Positions 1 through 8,164 of a stretch of DNA of 32,368 bases are shown piece by piece. The notes under the pieces are model-generated. The model was given only the letters and a program-made list of their open reading frames with translations, was not told where the DNA came from and made no database searches. The stretch covers positions 1 to 32,368 of the IMG/VR virus record IMGVR_UViG_3300037044_000221. The stretch is one strand, 5' to 3'. The DNA is from a virus. Its lineage: Duplodnaviria > Caudoviricetes. A program made the translations under genes and the position numbers. The first letter of the stretch is position 1. Each line of letters begins with the position of its first letter.

Positions 1-426
1 CTAATCCTTCCTTTTGTATTTGGACTGGGGTTCGGCAGCCTGGATGAAGTCTGATGCGTTATTTCCTTTTCTTGTCTGCTCAATGGTTAGCTGGAGCCGG
101 CCTATTTCTCTATTTAATTCTCTTATCTCTTCTTTTTGCTTTTCAAACAACTCATAATAAATCAAATCTTCACTTTTTTTAGTATTAATAACTTTTTCAC
201 GAACATTAATACTTTTTAATAGTTCACCCCTGCCTAAAATTAACCATTCAAGCGATATATCTTGCGCATAATTGACAAATTTAAGCAAGTTATCTTCCGT
301 TAATCCGTTTTTTTGGTCTAAAATACCTCTAGTTATCCCTGTATCTTTATAAAATTTATACTTTGTAATACCTTTAAAATTAAGGTAATACAAAATTTTT
401 TCTTTTATAGACGAATTTTCTTGCAT
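1..426 (-). CDS. Phage repressor (N-terminal HTH, C-terminal coiled coil, no S24 peptidase domain seen)
   Basis: IKEKILYYLNFKGITKYKFYKDTGITRGIL...ISLEWLILGRGELL is a typical CI-like N-domain; divergent from the early operon. Confidence 0.85.
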   Translation of the reverse strand: MQENSSIKEKILYYLNFKGITKYKFYKDTGITRGILDQKNGLTEDNLLKFVNYAQDISLEWLILGRGELLKSINVREKVINTKKSEDLIYYELFEKQKEEIRELNREIGRLQLTIEQTRKGNNASDFIQAAEPQSKYKRKD

Positions 427-431
427 GTTTG

Positions 432-463
432 TTTGGATAGACGAAATATCTCGTCTATATTTG
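432..463 (+). promoter_or_regulatory. Rightward early promoter (Bacteroidota sigma-A type)
   Basis: TTTG (432-435), 20 nt spacer, TATATTTG (456-463), matching the -33/-7 consensus. Confidence 0.8.
437..458. promoter_or_regulatory. Palindromic operator filling the early promoter spacer
   Basis: ATAGACGA-aatatc-TCGTCTAT perfect 8-bp inverted repeat; related site ATAGACGAAttttcttg at 407-423 inside the repressor 5' end. Confidence 0.75.
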
Positions 464-480
464 TTCTTAGTTTAAAACAC

Positions 481-512
481 CAAAGGTATGGTAAAAAAAA
501 TACAAAAGTCAA
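481..512 (-). promoter_or_regulatory. Leftward repressor promoter
   Basis: Minus strand TACCTTTG (488-481) with TTG (512-510) 21 nt upstream. Confidence 0.6.
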
Positions 513-730
513 GTAAAAGGGTCGAAACTCCATTCAAGGCTTACTACAAGGTTATTGGCAGGGCCTGCGGATGCTCAAGCAAGTACGCTAAGCTGGTTTT
601 GCTCGGAATGCCTCTTGGCAAGTACAATGGCAAAACATATACCGACAGGGATACCCCGCTTACCCGCAGAATTAAAGCCAAGGCCGAGGAGTTGGAGTCG
701 TTTTTAAACCCACAGCCAACAACTAAGTAA
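488..730 (+). CDS. Ner/Cro-like early DNA-binding regulator
   Basis: Small basic protein with HTH-like YKVIGRACGCSSKYAKLVL; first gene of the early operon, opposite the repressor. Confidence 0.65.
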   Translation: MVKKIQKSSKRVETPFKAYYKVIGRACGCSSKYAKLVLLGMPLGKYNGKTYTDRDTPLTRRIKAKAEELESFLNPQPTTK

Positions 731-742
731 TCATAACCCCTG

Positions 743-931
743 ATGAAAGCGGCTACAAACCATAATGCAGCGGTTCGGGATGCGATGCAGGGTGTGCGTA
801 CCTCTCCCCTTCATCCCAACAGGCCCCACCAATTGGGCTTGTGGAGTGCAACAAAGTGCGATGCTGCTACTATGGATGCCGCAACTGAGAGCGAAGCCCT
901 AGGAAGGTGCCTAGGCGAGGGGGCGGAATAG
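743..931 (+). CDS. Possible leader peptide (62 aa) or spurious ORF over a structured RNA
   Basis: ATG ORF whose stop codon lies in the loop of the terminator hairpin; no recognisable family. Confidence 0.3.
   Translation: MKAATNHNAAVRDAMQGVRTSPLHPNRPHQLGLWSATKCDAATMDAATESEALGRCLGEGAE
749..882 (+). ncRNA. Candidate multibranch structured RNA / leader
   Basis: Nested pairings GCGGC 749-753/GCCGC 878-882, CCATA 760-764/TATGG 871-875, GCAGC 767-771/GCTGC 863-867, enclosing hairpins 773-820 and 819-842. Confidence 0.45.
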
Positions 932-947
932 CCCGCCCCCTTTTTTT
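919..947 (+). terminator. Intrinsic terminator directly upstream of the transposase
   Basis: GGGGGCGG-aatagc-CCGCCCCC followed by T7. Confidence 0.85.
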
Positions 948-968
948 CCCAATAAAAGGCGAAACCCT

Positions 969-3050
969 ATGCCCCATTTTTTCAACAATATAGTTGTAGT
1001 AACCCACGACGAGCTGGTGCCGGAGCATTATAGTTACGATGCTTTAAAAAAGGCTCTTAAAAGATGCGACCAACGTGGCTACGGCATTAAAAGGGTTATG
1101 CTAGGGGGCAATGGCCGGCAGCTGCTGGTTGATTTCGATACGCTACCACGAAAAGTAAGGGAATGCTTTAAGGATCCTCGAGTGGCGGAGCACCCGCTGG
1201 AGCCTTTCTATAATACCGACTCAGAGGCGGTTGAGTTCTACGGCAATTACCGCTACAGCAACGGGCTGTACCTAATTGATGAGGTAAAGGACAGGTATAT
1301 AACCAACGCCTCGGTGCTTAATGCAGCCATTGATTTAAAGGATGCCAGGGAGCGGGAGCGCTTAAGCAAAATGGGAAGCCTAAAGGGTGTTATTAGCAGC
1401 ATTTGCGCCGATGTTACCACATTTAACGAGATACTATATAGTAGGTATAAGCTAAGGCACTCGCTCCCCGAAAATGAGCGCCGTTTTGCCGAAAAGTTCA
1501 ACGACTACCAAAAAGAGGGCTACCCTAGCCTAATAAATAAGAACTTGGGCAACCGAAATGCAGCAGTTGCCAACGATGAAACCGTACAACTCCTTAATAA
1601 TATATTTGCCGAGCCCAGCTACAAGCCCACATATACCGAGGTAGCACGCCAGTACGATGCTTTTCTGAGCGGATATATACAGGTAATCAATACTAACACG
1701 GCAGAGGAGTACGACCCCGCAGCTTTTAAAAAGCTATCGAAAAGCACTATTTATAACTACCTAAGCAGCTGGGAGAATAGAATTGCAACCCATACGGTGC
1801 GTAGCGCCGATCGCCAAAAGAATATGGGCAAGTACAAGCCCGCTTTCAGCTTCGAGCAGCCCAAGTATGCCGGATCGTTACTGTCGATTGATGATAGGCA
1901 GCCTCCATTTAAGTATAGTGGCAACGAGCGTGTATGGTTCTACCTTGCCGAGGATGTGGCAAGCCAGGCAGTAACTTGTTGGGTCCACGGCAAAACCAAG
2001 GAGGGGCTAATTATTGACTTCTACCGCCAACTGGTGCGCAATTACCACGAGTGGGGCTTGAACTTACCAGCCGAGCTGGAGGCAGAGAGTAACCAGAATG
2101 CCTCGTTTAAGGAGACATTCCTAAAGGAAGGCGCAATGTTCCAATACGTGCGCATTGAGGCCAACAACGCCCGCGGTAAAGCAATTGAGAGCCAGGTAAA
2201 CCGCCAGTTAAGGTACCAGTTCGAGAAAATGGAGGCAGGTTGGCAAGGTCGCCCATTCGCTCAGGACGAAAGCAACCAGCCAAGCCCCACCCGCGATAAG
2301 ATTGATAGAACCTACACCCAAATTGTTGATATGGCTTTGGGTAAAATTGAGGAGTTTAACAACTCCCCACACGTGCGCGAGGCAAATGTAAGCAAATGGG
2401 AGTACTTCCTGCAAAACCAAAACCCCGATTTAAAGCCAACCAACTACCGCTCATTTATTCGCCACTTGGGCTACCATACCGAAACCTCGGTAAATGTTGG
2501 CAACATTCGCCTTAATAACGAGATATACCTACTGGGAATTGATGGGGAGATAGCCCTAGGCGACAGCCTTATTAACATAATGAAGCAGGTGGAGGGCAAG
2601 GAGGTTGACATTTACTGGCTCGACGCCAACGAAGGAACAATGCTATGCGCCTACGTGTACCTTCGCGGACAGGATAGGCTAATATGCGAAGCAGTTCCCA
2701 AGCCTAAGCCACAACGCGCTCGCGCGGAGCAAAGCGAAGCCGACAGGCAATTGCACCTACTATATAGTAAGTATGTTGCCACGGTTGAGGGCTACAATAA
2801 CCGCCAGCGCAAAACCCTGGATAGCGTTATTGCCATTAAAACCGACAAGCAGCCCGAAACATCGCCCAAAACCTTATTTAAAATCAACGGCAATGGCGCA
2901 CCAATTACCCCAACTCAGGAAGACGATCCTATAAAGCTAAACGGCCACCACTTCGACGATGTGGAGATACTTCCCGAGCCAACCGATAACGATATTGATT
3001 TAATCAACATTGAAACCCCCTTTAACCGAAGTTTAAAGGACAGATTTTAG
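969..3050 (+). CDS. Mu-type DDE transposase (MuA-like)
   Basis: 693 aa; integrase-core features SIDDRQ, AEDVASQAVTCW, NARGKAIES; precedes the MuB-like ATPase. Confidence 0.9.
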   Translation: MPHFFNNIVVVTHDELVPEHYSYDALKKALKRCDQRGYGIKRVMLGGNGRQLLVDFDTLPRKVRECFKDPRVAEHPLEPFYNTDSEAVEFYGNYRYSNGLYLIDEVKDRYITNASVLNAAIDLKDARERERLSKMGSLKGVISSICADVTTFNEILYSRYKLRHSLPENERRFAEKFNDYQKEGYPSLINKNLGNRNAAVANDETVQLLNNIFAEPSYKPTYTEVARQYDAFLSGYIQVINTNTAEEYDPAAFKKLSKSTIYNYLSSWENRIATHTVRSADRQKNMGKYKPAFSFEQPKYAGSLLSIDDRQPPFKYSGNERVWFYLAEDVASQAVTCWVHGKTKEGLIIDFYRQLVRNYHEWGLNLPAELEAESNQNASFKETFLKEGAMFQYVRIEANNARGKAIESQVNRQLRYQFEKMEAGWQGRPFAQDESNQPSPTRDKIDRTYTQIVDMALGKIEEFNNSPHVREANVSKWEYFLQNQNPDLKPTNYRSFIRHLGYHTETSVNVGNIRLNNEIYLLGIDGEIALGDSLINIMKQVEGKEVDIYWLDANEGTMLCAYVYLRGQDRLICEAVPKPKPQRARAEQSEADRQLHLLYSKYVATVEGYNNRQRKTLDSVIAIKTDKQPETSPKTLFKINGNGAPITPTQEDDPIKLNGHHFDDVEILPEPTDNDIDLINIETPFNRSLKDRF

Positions 3051-3073
3051 TACTAACCTAAACAGATGTAACT

Positions 3074-3970
3074 ATGATTACACTTACTGATGACTTCAAG
3101 AAAAAAGTTTTAAACAAACTTTTTGAATTGCGCCAGAACTTTGGCGGATCCGACGCCATGTTCGCCAAGCAGTGGGATATTTCCGGCTCGGTTTACTCCC
3201 GCCTTAAGAATGGCGAGCTAACCAACCTTTTAAAGGATAGCCAATGGCTAAATATGGCTAGGGAACTAGGTATAAGCCCCAACGAGCGCAGGTGGAATAC
3301 TGCCAAAACCGACGTTTTTAAAATTATTGAGGAGGATATTTTGTTTTGCAAGCAAAATTCGAAGAGCCGTATATGTGTGGACGATTGCGGAATTGGCAAA
3401 ACTTATGCAGCCAAGTACCTTTCGCGAACGCTTAAAAACTGCTTTTATGTAGATGCTTCCCAGGGAAAAACCAAGCGCCAATTCATAAAGCTGGTGGCCC
3501 GTGCCATTGGCATCGATGTTAACGACAAGTACGATAACATAAAGGCAAACATTAAGTACTACCTTAACTACATTCTCGAGCCCATTGTAATTATCGACGA
3601 GGCTGGCGACTTGGAGTATGGTGCCTTTATGGATCTAAAGGAGCTATGGAATGGCACCGAGAACGCTTGCGCCTGGTATCTGATGGGTGCCGACGGCCTT
3701 CGCCGTAAAATTGAACGGGGAATCAATGGCAAAAAGGTGGGCTACCGCGAAATGTTTAGCCGTCTTTCCGATCGATTTACCTACATAGTTCCAGTGGGTA
3801 AGGACGACCGTATGGCATTTTACAAGAAGCTTATTACCGACGTTCTGGTGGCCAATATGGCCGACACCACTAACATTAATTCCATAATTAAGCGATGCAT
3901 AACTATGGATAACGGCGACATTGGAGGCCTTCGCCGTGCCGAGAGCTTACTAATTCTTAGCCAGCAGTAG
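3074..3970 (+). CDS. MuB-like AAA+ transposition ATPase
   Basis: N-terminal HTH, Walker A CGIGKT, Walker B IVIIDEAG, EMFSRL arginine finger. Confidence 0.9.
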   Translation: MITLTDDFKKKVLNKLFELRQNFGGSDAMFAKQWDISGSVYSRLKNGELTNLLKDSQWLNMARELGISPNERRWNTAKTDVFKIIEEDILFCKQNSKSRICVDDCGIGKTYAAKYLSRTLKNCFYVDASQGKTKRQFIKLVARAIGIDVNDKYDNIKANIKYYLNYILEPIVIIDEAGDLEYGAFMDLKELWNGTENACAWYLMGADGLRRKIERGINGKKVGYREMFSRLSDRFTYIVPVGKDDRMAFYKKLITDVLVANMADTTNINSIIKRCITMDNGDIGGLRRAESLLILSQQ

Positions 3971-3972
3971 CC

Positions 3973-4608
3973 ATGAGAGCCCTAACCGTTAAAAATGTTT
4001 ACGATAAGAAATACACCACCTTTCCCTTCGATGGCGAAATGGCCAAGGTGCTTGGCAACCCATCGGTTGGTGGCGTGTGGCTTATTTGGGGCAAAGATAA
4101 GAATGGAAAAACCTCAATGGCACTAAGGCTGGCCGACGAGTTCACCAGGTGGGAGCGCGTGCTATACGTTTCGGGCGAGGAAGGCACCGACATAGAGTTT
4201 CAGCGTGCTTGCCAGCGCGTGGGCATCGATACCGGAAATAAGCGGCTGCATTTTCTTGAGTACACTCCCATTGACATGCTTGAGGATATGCTTGGAAAGC
4301 GCAAGGCTCGTAAGGTTATTTTCTGCGACAACCTCACCATATATAAGGACGAGCTAAAAGGCAACAAGCTTATTGAAATGGTTCAAGCGCACCCCGATAA
4401 GCTGTTTGTTTTCCTCGCGCACGAGGAGCGGAACGAACCCTACTCAGCCCCCGCCAAGCTGGCGCATAAGCTGGCCAAAGTAATTATTCACATTAAGGGC
4501 CTAAGCGCTCAGGTTTACGGCCGATGCCCAGGTGGAGTAATAACCATTGACGAAAGCAAGGAGATGCTTTACTGGGGCACTCAAATTCACAAAAACAAGG
4601 AGGAATAG
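3973..4608 (+). CDS. Second P-loop ATPase (RecA/Sms-like fold)
   Basis: WGKDKNGKT Walker A, VLYVSGEEG, VIFCDN Walker B. Confidence 0.8.
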   Translation: MRALTVKNVYDKKYTTFPFDGEMAKVLGNPSVGGVWLIWGKDKNGKTSMALRLADEFTRWERVLYVSGEEGTDIEFQRACQRVGIDTGNKRLHFLEYTPIDMLEDMLGKRKARKVIFCDNLTIYKDELKGNKLIEMVQAHPDKLFVFLAHEERNEPYSAPAKLAHKLAKVIIHIKGLSAQVYGRCPGGVITIDESKEMLYWGTQIHKNKEE

Positions 4609-4610
4609 CT

Positions 4611-5060
4611 ATGAAAAAAGGAGTTTACGACCGATTCTTCGCGCTGCTAAACCAAATGCCTTCCGACGATAAGGATGAGCTAAAGGAGCAGCTGGTTTGG
4701 CAATATAGCGGTATGCTTACCGCATCGCTTAAGGAGTTTGCTGCCCAAAAACCCGAGGAGTACAAGCGTATGCTTGCCGATATGCAGGTTCAGGTTGAAA
4801 AGTTTAATCCTAAAAGGTTTCGCGAACAGGAAACGAAGCGCCTGCGTTCGGCCATTTTAAATCGGTTGCAAAAGTATGGCATCGATACTACCCAATGGCC
4901 TGCCGTGAATAAGTTTTTGCAGCAGCCACGAATAGGCGGAAAGAGGCTATACGAAATGAGCAACGAAGAGATGGCCCTTCTTATTCCTAAGTTAGAAAAC
5001 ATTCTGAAAAAGGATGTTGAAAACCGTGAAAAAGAACGCGACTTAGCATTTAACAACTAA
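4611..5060 (+). CDS. Conserved-looking early phage protein (GemA/gp16-like position)
   Basis: Tightly packed ORF; RSAILNRLQKYGIDTTQWPAVNKFLQQPRIGGKRL motif. Confidence 0.6.
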   Translation: MKKGVYDRFFALLNQMPSDDKDELKEQLVWQYSGMLTASLKEFAAQKPEEYKRMLADMQVQVEKFNPKRFREQETKRLRSAILNRLQKYGIDTTQWPAVNKFLQQPRIGGKRLYEMSNEEMALLIPKLENILKKDVENREKERDLAFNN

Positions 5061-5064
5061 AGCA

Positions 5065-5331
5065 ATGGAAAAGACTACAAAGACCGATTTAACTACCCTT
5101 GAAGTTAGGCTTCAGGAGTACAACCGGCAAATTGAGGAGAATGAGGCAAAAATGGCCGAGGCAACGGTTGACACCTACACAGCCATTAATCGCAGAAATA
5201 TTGAGCTGCAAATAAAGGTTGTGGCAATAAACGACTCCATAAGCCGAATTACCGAACGCAATTTTTGTAAAAAAATGCCAGACAATGGCATTCGTATTCC
5301 AACTACTAACACTAACAGGTATTCGAAATGA
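5065..5331 (+). CDS. Hypothetical coiled-coil protein
   Basis: Operon packing; ATGA overlap with the next gene. Confidence 0.7.
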   Translation: MEKTTKTDLTTLEVRLQEYNRQIEENEAKMAEATVDTYTAINRRNIELQIKVVAINDSISRITERNFCKKMPDNGIRIPTTNTNRYSK

Positions 5332-5555
5332 CAACACAAACAATTTCGCCAAGTGAGCGCACTATGGATATGGTGCAAGCCGAGGCCAATGCCCTGGAGC
5401 AACTAATTGAACGCCGTAACGAGTGGCTCAACAAGCCCGATAACAAGCACTCACCAGCATTTGAGGCAACAAAAAAGGACACGCTTACCATGGTGTGGCG
5501 GCACTCGGAGCTGCTCAATGAGATTTCGCAATTTGAAAAAGAAAACAAGTACTAA
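5328..5555 (+). CDS. Hypothetical protein
   Basis: Operon packing. Confidence 0.7.
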   Translation: MTTQTISPSERTMDMVQAEANALEQLIERRNEWLNKPDNKHSPAFEATKKDTLTMVWRHSELLNEISQFEKENKY

Positions 5556-5572
5556 CCCTAAAAATTATAGCA

Positions 5573-6226
5573 ATGAAACAGAAAGGATCAGTTTGGACAG
5601 ACGCCTCGGGGCGTGAACTAAACACCTGGGCCATTAACCCAGTATTACGAATAGAAGAGAAGCACGCACAAAAGGTTGCTGCCTTAGCCCTAAGAGCTGA
5701 AAAAGCTCTTAATGAGTTGAACGAGGCAATAGGACAGGCGCAGCAGGAGGTTTACCACGCCAAGCTTAAGGATGCTCAAATTAAGGAGCATAACCGTATG
5801 CCCATTCCCGAAAGCCTTACTTTTTCGGCATTCGACAAGAGCGTACTGGTTGACATTAAAACCACCAAGCGGCTCATATTCGACAAAACCTATGTTGGCC
5901 TGGTAAAGGGAAAGTTTGACGAGTTTTTTTCCGTGTTCGATCGCGACGAATTGGCCAGTAAAAAGTTTTCGTTCCTCCGCGAAATGGTAAACTCGCTGCT
6001 CTTTAAGGGAAGTGGCGACCTCGACCAAACAAGCGTGAACGAAATACGAAGCCACAAGGCTACTGCCGAGCGAACCAAGATTCCAGGATGGGAATTGTTT
6101 TGCGAGGCAGTGGATCTGTTCGACAAGGCCATTCGCACCGAACCAGGCAATCGCCTTTACTATGTTGATGTAAAGGAAAATGGTAAAATGCGTAGGGTTG
6201 CCCTTAAATATACCGATGTGAGATGA
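5573..6226 (+). CDS. DUF3164-like protein of Mu-like phages
   Basis: N-terminal WTDASG motif, TFSAFD, WELFCEAVDL, about 210 aa, typical position. Confidence 0.65.
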   Translation: MKQKGSVWTDASGRELNTWAINPVLRIEEKHAQKVAALALRAEKALNELNEAIGQAQQEVYHAKLKDAQIKEHNRMPIPESLTFSAFDKSVLVDIKTTKRLIFDKTYVGLVKGKFDEFFSVFDRDELASKKFSFLREMVNSLLFKGSGDLDQTSVNEIRSHKATAERTKIPGWELFCEAVDLFDKAIRTEPGNRLYYVDVKENGKMRRVALKYTDVR

Positions 6227-6561
6227 GCGTCGACGAGGTTTGCCATATTGTATCAATGCAATTCAATGTGCCAGTTTTCGAAATACGTTCGAAAACAAGG
6301 GAGTGGCGAGTACTGTCTGCCAGATACTCAGCAATAAGTATTTCTTACCAATACACTAATAATACTTTAAGCGAGTTGGCAAGGTATTTTCGCTTAAAAA
6401 GCCATGCAACTATTATCAATTCAATAAGAGAATTCGATAATGTTATTGATTTGAAAAGTTCTTTCAGAACTACACACAACAATGTAAAAGGTATAGTTGA
6501 AATGAATGAGGAGGAAAGATTTCAGCTAACCGAAAACTACCCATTTGTATACAACCTATGA
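6223..6561 (+). CDS. Stand-alone DnaA domain IV (Bac_DnaA_C)-like HTH protein
   Basis: IRSKTREWRVLSARYSAISISYQYTNNTLSELARYFRLKSHATIINSIREF resembles the DnaA signature SLxxIGxxFxxRDHTTVxH. Confidence 0.75.
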   Translation: MSVDEVCHIVSMQFNVPVFEIRSKTREWRVLSARYSAISISYQYTNNTLSELARYFRLKSHATIINSIREFDNVIDLKSSFRTTHNNVKGIVEMNEEERFQLTENYPFVYNL

Positions 6562-6884
6562 ACAAGTCGCTGAGCACCATTATTAAAGAGAATTCGCACC
6601 CCCTTAATTTTTTAAGGGGTAGTCGCGACAACTGCAAAAGGCTTTTTATTACGGCCTTCCTTCAGGTGTTTTTGGTAACCGCCAACACCTACTTTGTTAG
6701 CCGAATAGCGTGGCTGGGCATTGCCGCCTGTTCGTTTGGCATTAGCTACATATGGACACTGAATGTAAAACGAATTTCGGCCAGTAGCCCCATTGAGCGC
6801 ATTGCATACGCAACAGGCGCAATGGTTGGAGGGCTGCTGGGTGTTTTCGTTTCAAAATTCATAATAGTATGGAGTACACACTAG
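6558..6884 (+). CDS. Small multi-pass membrane protein
   Basis: About three hydrophobic segments; ATGA overlap. Confidence 0.7.
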   Translation: MNKSLSTIIKENSHPLNFLRGSRDNCKRLFITAFLQVFLVTANTYFVSRIAWLGIAACSFGISYIWTLNVKRISASSPIERIAYATGAMVGGLLGVFVSKFIIVWSTH

Positions 6885-7429
6885 CAAGCCCCAAGTGGGA
6901 GGGCGAAATTGTGCTAAAGTATTACCCTAATGGGTTTTTAGCCTCGGCCACCTTACCCGAAGTTTTCAATGTTGATGCAGCCAAGCATATGGCGGGCATT
7001 TTTCCCATACACGTTAGCATCCTGCGATGGTTTCGCGAAAACACAAAGGTTAAAATTACCGAGGTGGCCGCCGACACATCGTTCGATGCCTTTTGGGAAA
7101 AGTTTAATAAAAAAAGTGGTAGCAAAATAAACGCACAGCTGTACTGGGATGGGCAAAAGCAAACTCTAAACCGCCGACCAGTTGGCGAGGGCGACAGGCA
7201 GGACATAATGCGAATGCTGCCCAAGTACCTGCATAAGTTTCAGGGACCAAAAAAGGACTTTCAGCCACTCGCCACAACCTTTTTACACGAGCGGATGTGG
7301 GAGAGTGAAATGGAAAACTCCCGCGAAAAACCAATTGATTTACTAACACTAATTCAGGAAAGGAGAAAAAGCAATGCTGATACCAATGGAAACGCAGCTT
7401 CAGCTGCTGGTAGCAATAGCAATAGTTAG
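6869..7429 (+). CDS. Hypothetical protein with replication-protein-like C-terminal motif
   Basis: SFDAFWEKFNKK...PLATTFLHERMWE resembles the FxxFWxxY...PxTWLNxxxW motif. Confidence 0.65.
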   Translation: MEYTLASPKWEGEIVLKYYPNGFLASATLPEVFNVDAAKHMAGIFPIHVSILRWFRENTKVKITEVAADTSFDAFWEKFNKKSGSKINAQLYWDGQKQTLNRRPVGEGDRQDIMRMLPKYLHKFQGPKKDFQPLATTFLHERMWESEMENSREKPIDLLTLIQERRKSNADTNGNAASAAGSNSNS

Positions 7430-7889
7430 CCTAATTGTACTTATTATGGTAATAGAACTTGTAACACACCGGGGAAGAATTGCCAGAGAACCATTTGGGG
7501 CAATACGCCTTACTGGCGATGGTCCAAAAAAATGGAACAATATTAATGAGCTGCAAGAAAGGCTTATTTGCGAAGGATTTGAGCACAGCGTTGAGTACGA
7601 TAAGAATTGGCACAACGACACATTTGACACTCTTAAGTTCGACACCTACACGCTTAACTTACCAGGTGAAGTGAAAATTGAGGTTTGCAACGCATACATT
7701 GCCGAAAAGCCAAACGAATTTAACTACTCAAGCACCTGTTGCCTACTCATAATTGAGAGCACATCGTTCGAAATGCCAGGAGCAAGCATTAACAATGTAA
7801 TTGCCCTTAGCCGGCAGCTGGTAAAATGCTTCAACAAGCCTATTTCGAAAAGCGAAACGATTGTAACAAAAAACTTAAAGGAGGAATAA
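7374..7889 (+). CDS. Hypothetical protein with N-terminal transmembrane helix
   Basis: LLVAIAIVSLIVLIMVI. Confidence 0.65.
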   Translation: MLIPMETQLQLLVAIAIVSLIVLIMVIELVTHRGRIAREPFGAIRLTGDGPKKWNNINELQERLICEGFEHSVEYDKNWHNDTFDTLKFDTYTLNLPGEVKIEVCNAYIAEKPNEFNYSSTCCLLIIESTSFEMPGASINNVIALSRQLVKCFNKPISKSETIVTKNLKEE

Positions 7890-7891
7890 TT

Positions 7892-8164
7892 ATGTTCTAC
7901 GAATTAATGAAGCTTATAGCAGGGATTGTAGTTGTAGTTGCCTTTGGAATTATTTTTTTAATGGTAATTAAAGCCAACTTTAAAAGCGCTTCAACTACGC
8001 TTTACCGCGATGGTTTTATTCTTACCAATCCAACCCGCAATGCCGTTGCATTTGAAAATTCTATCGACGCCAAAAGGTATGTGAACGAATGCTCCCAGGC
8101 GGGAATAAAATGGCGCTGCTACGAAGTGGTTAATGGGCATATAATTGAACGAATATGGACCTAA
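7892..8164 (+). CDS. Hypothetical membrane-anchored protein (start re-called to ATG 7892)
   Basis: ATG 2 nt after the upstream stop, preceded by GGAGG; TM segment LIAGIVVVVAFGIIFLMVI. Confidence 0.65.
   Translation: MFYELMKLIAGIVVVVAFGIIFLMVIKANFKSASTTLYRDGFILTNPTRNAVAFENSIDAKRYVNECSQAGIKWRCYEVVNGHIIERIWT

Noticed and set aside
749-882. tRNA gene (cloverleaf-like branching)
   Set aside because: Too long, and no T-loop/D-loop consensus in the right positions; kept only as a generic structured RNA.
740-965. Hammerhead ribozyme suggested by CTGATGA (740-746) and GAAAC (961-965)
   Set aside because: Stem II and stem III pairings required around the core could not be formed.
5690-6256. 188-aa minus-strand ORF and the many other antisense or alternate-frame ORFs in the track
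   Set aside because: They shadow well-supported phage genes on the other strand or frame and show no recognisable motifs.
6600-6619. Palindrome CCCCTTAA-tttt-TTAAGGGG inside the membrane protein gene
   Set aside because: Single occurrence with no U-tract or matching copies; function cannot be supported.
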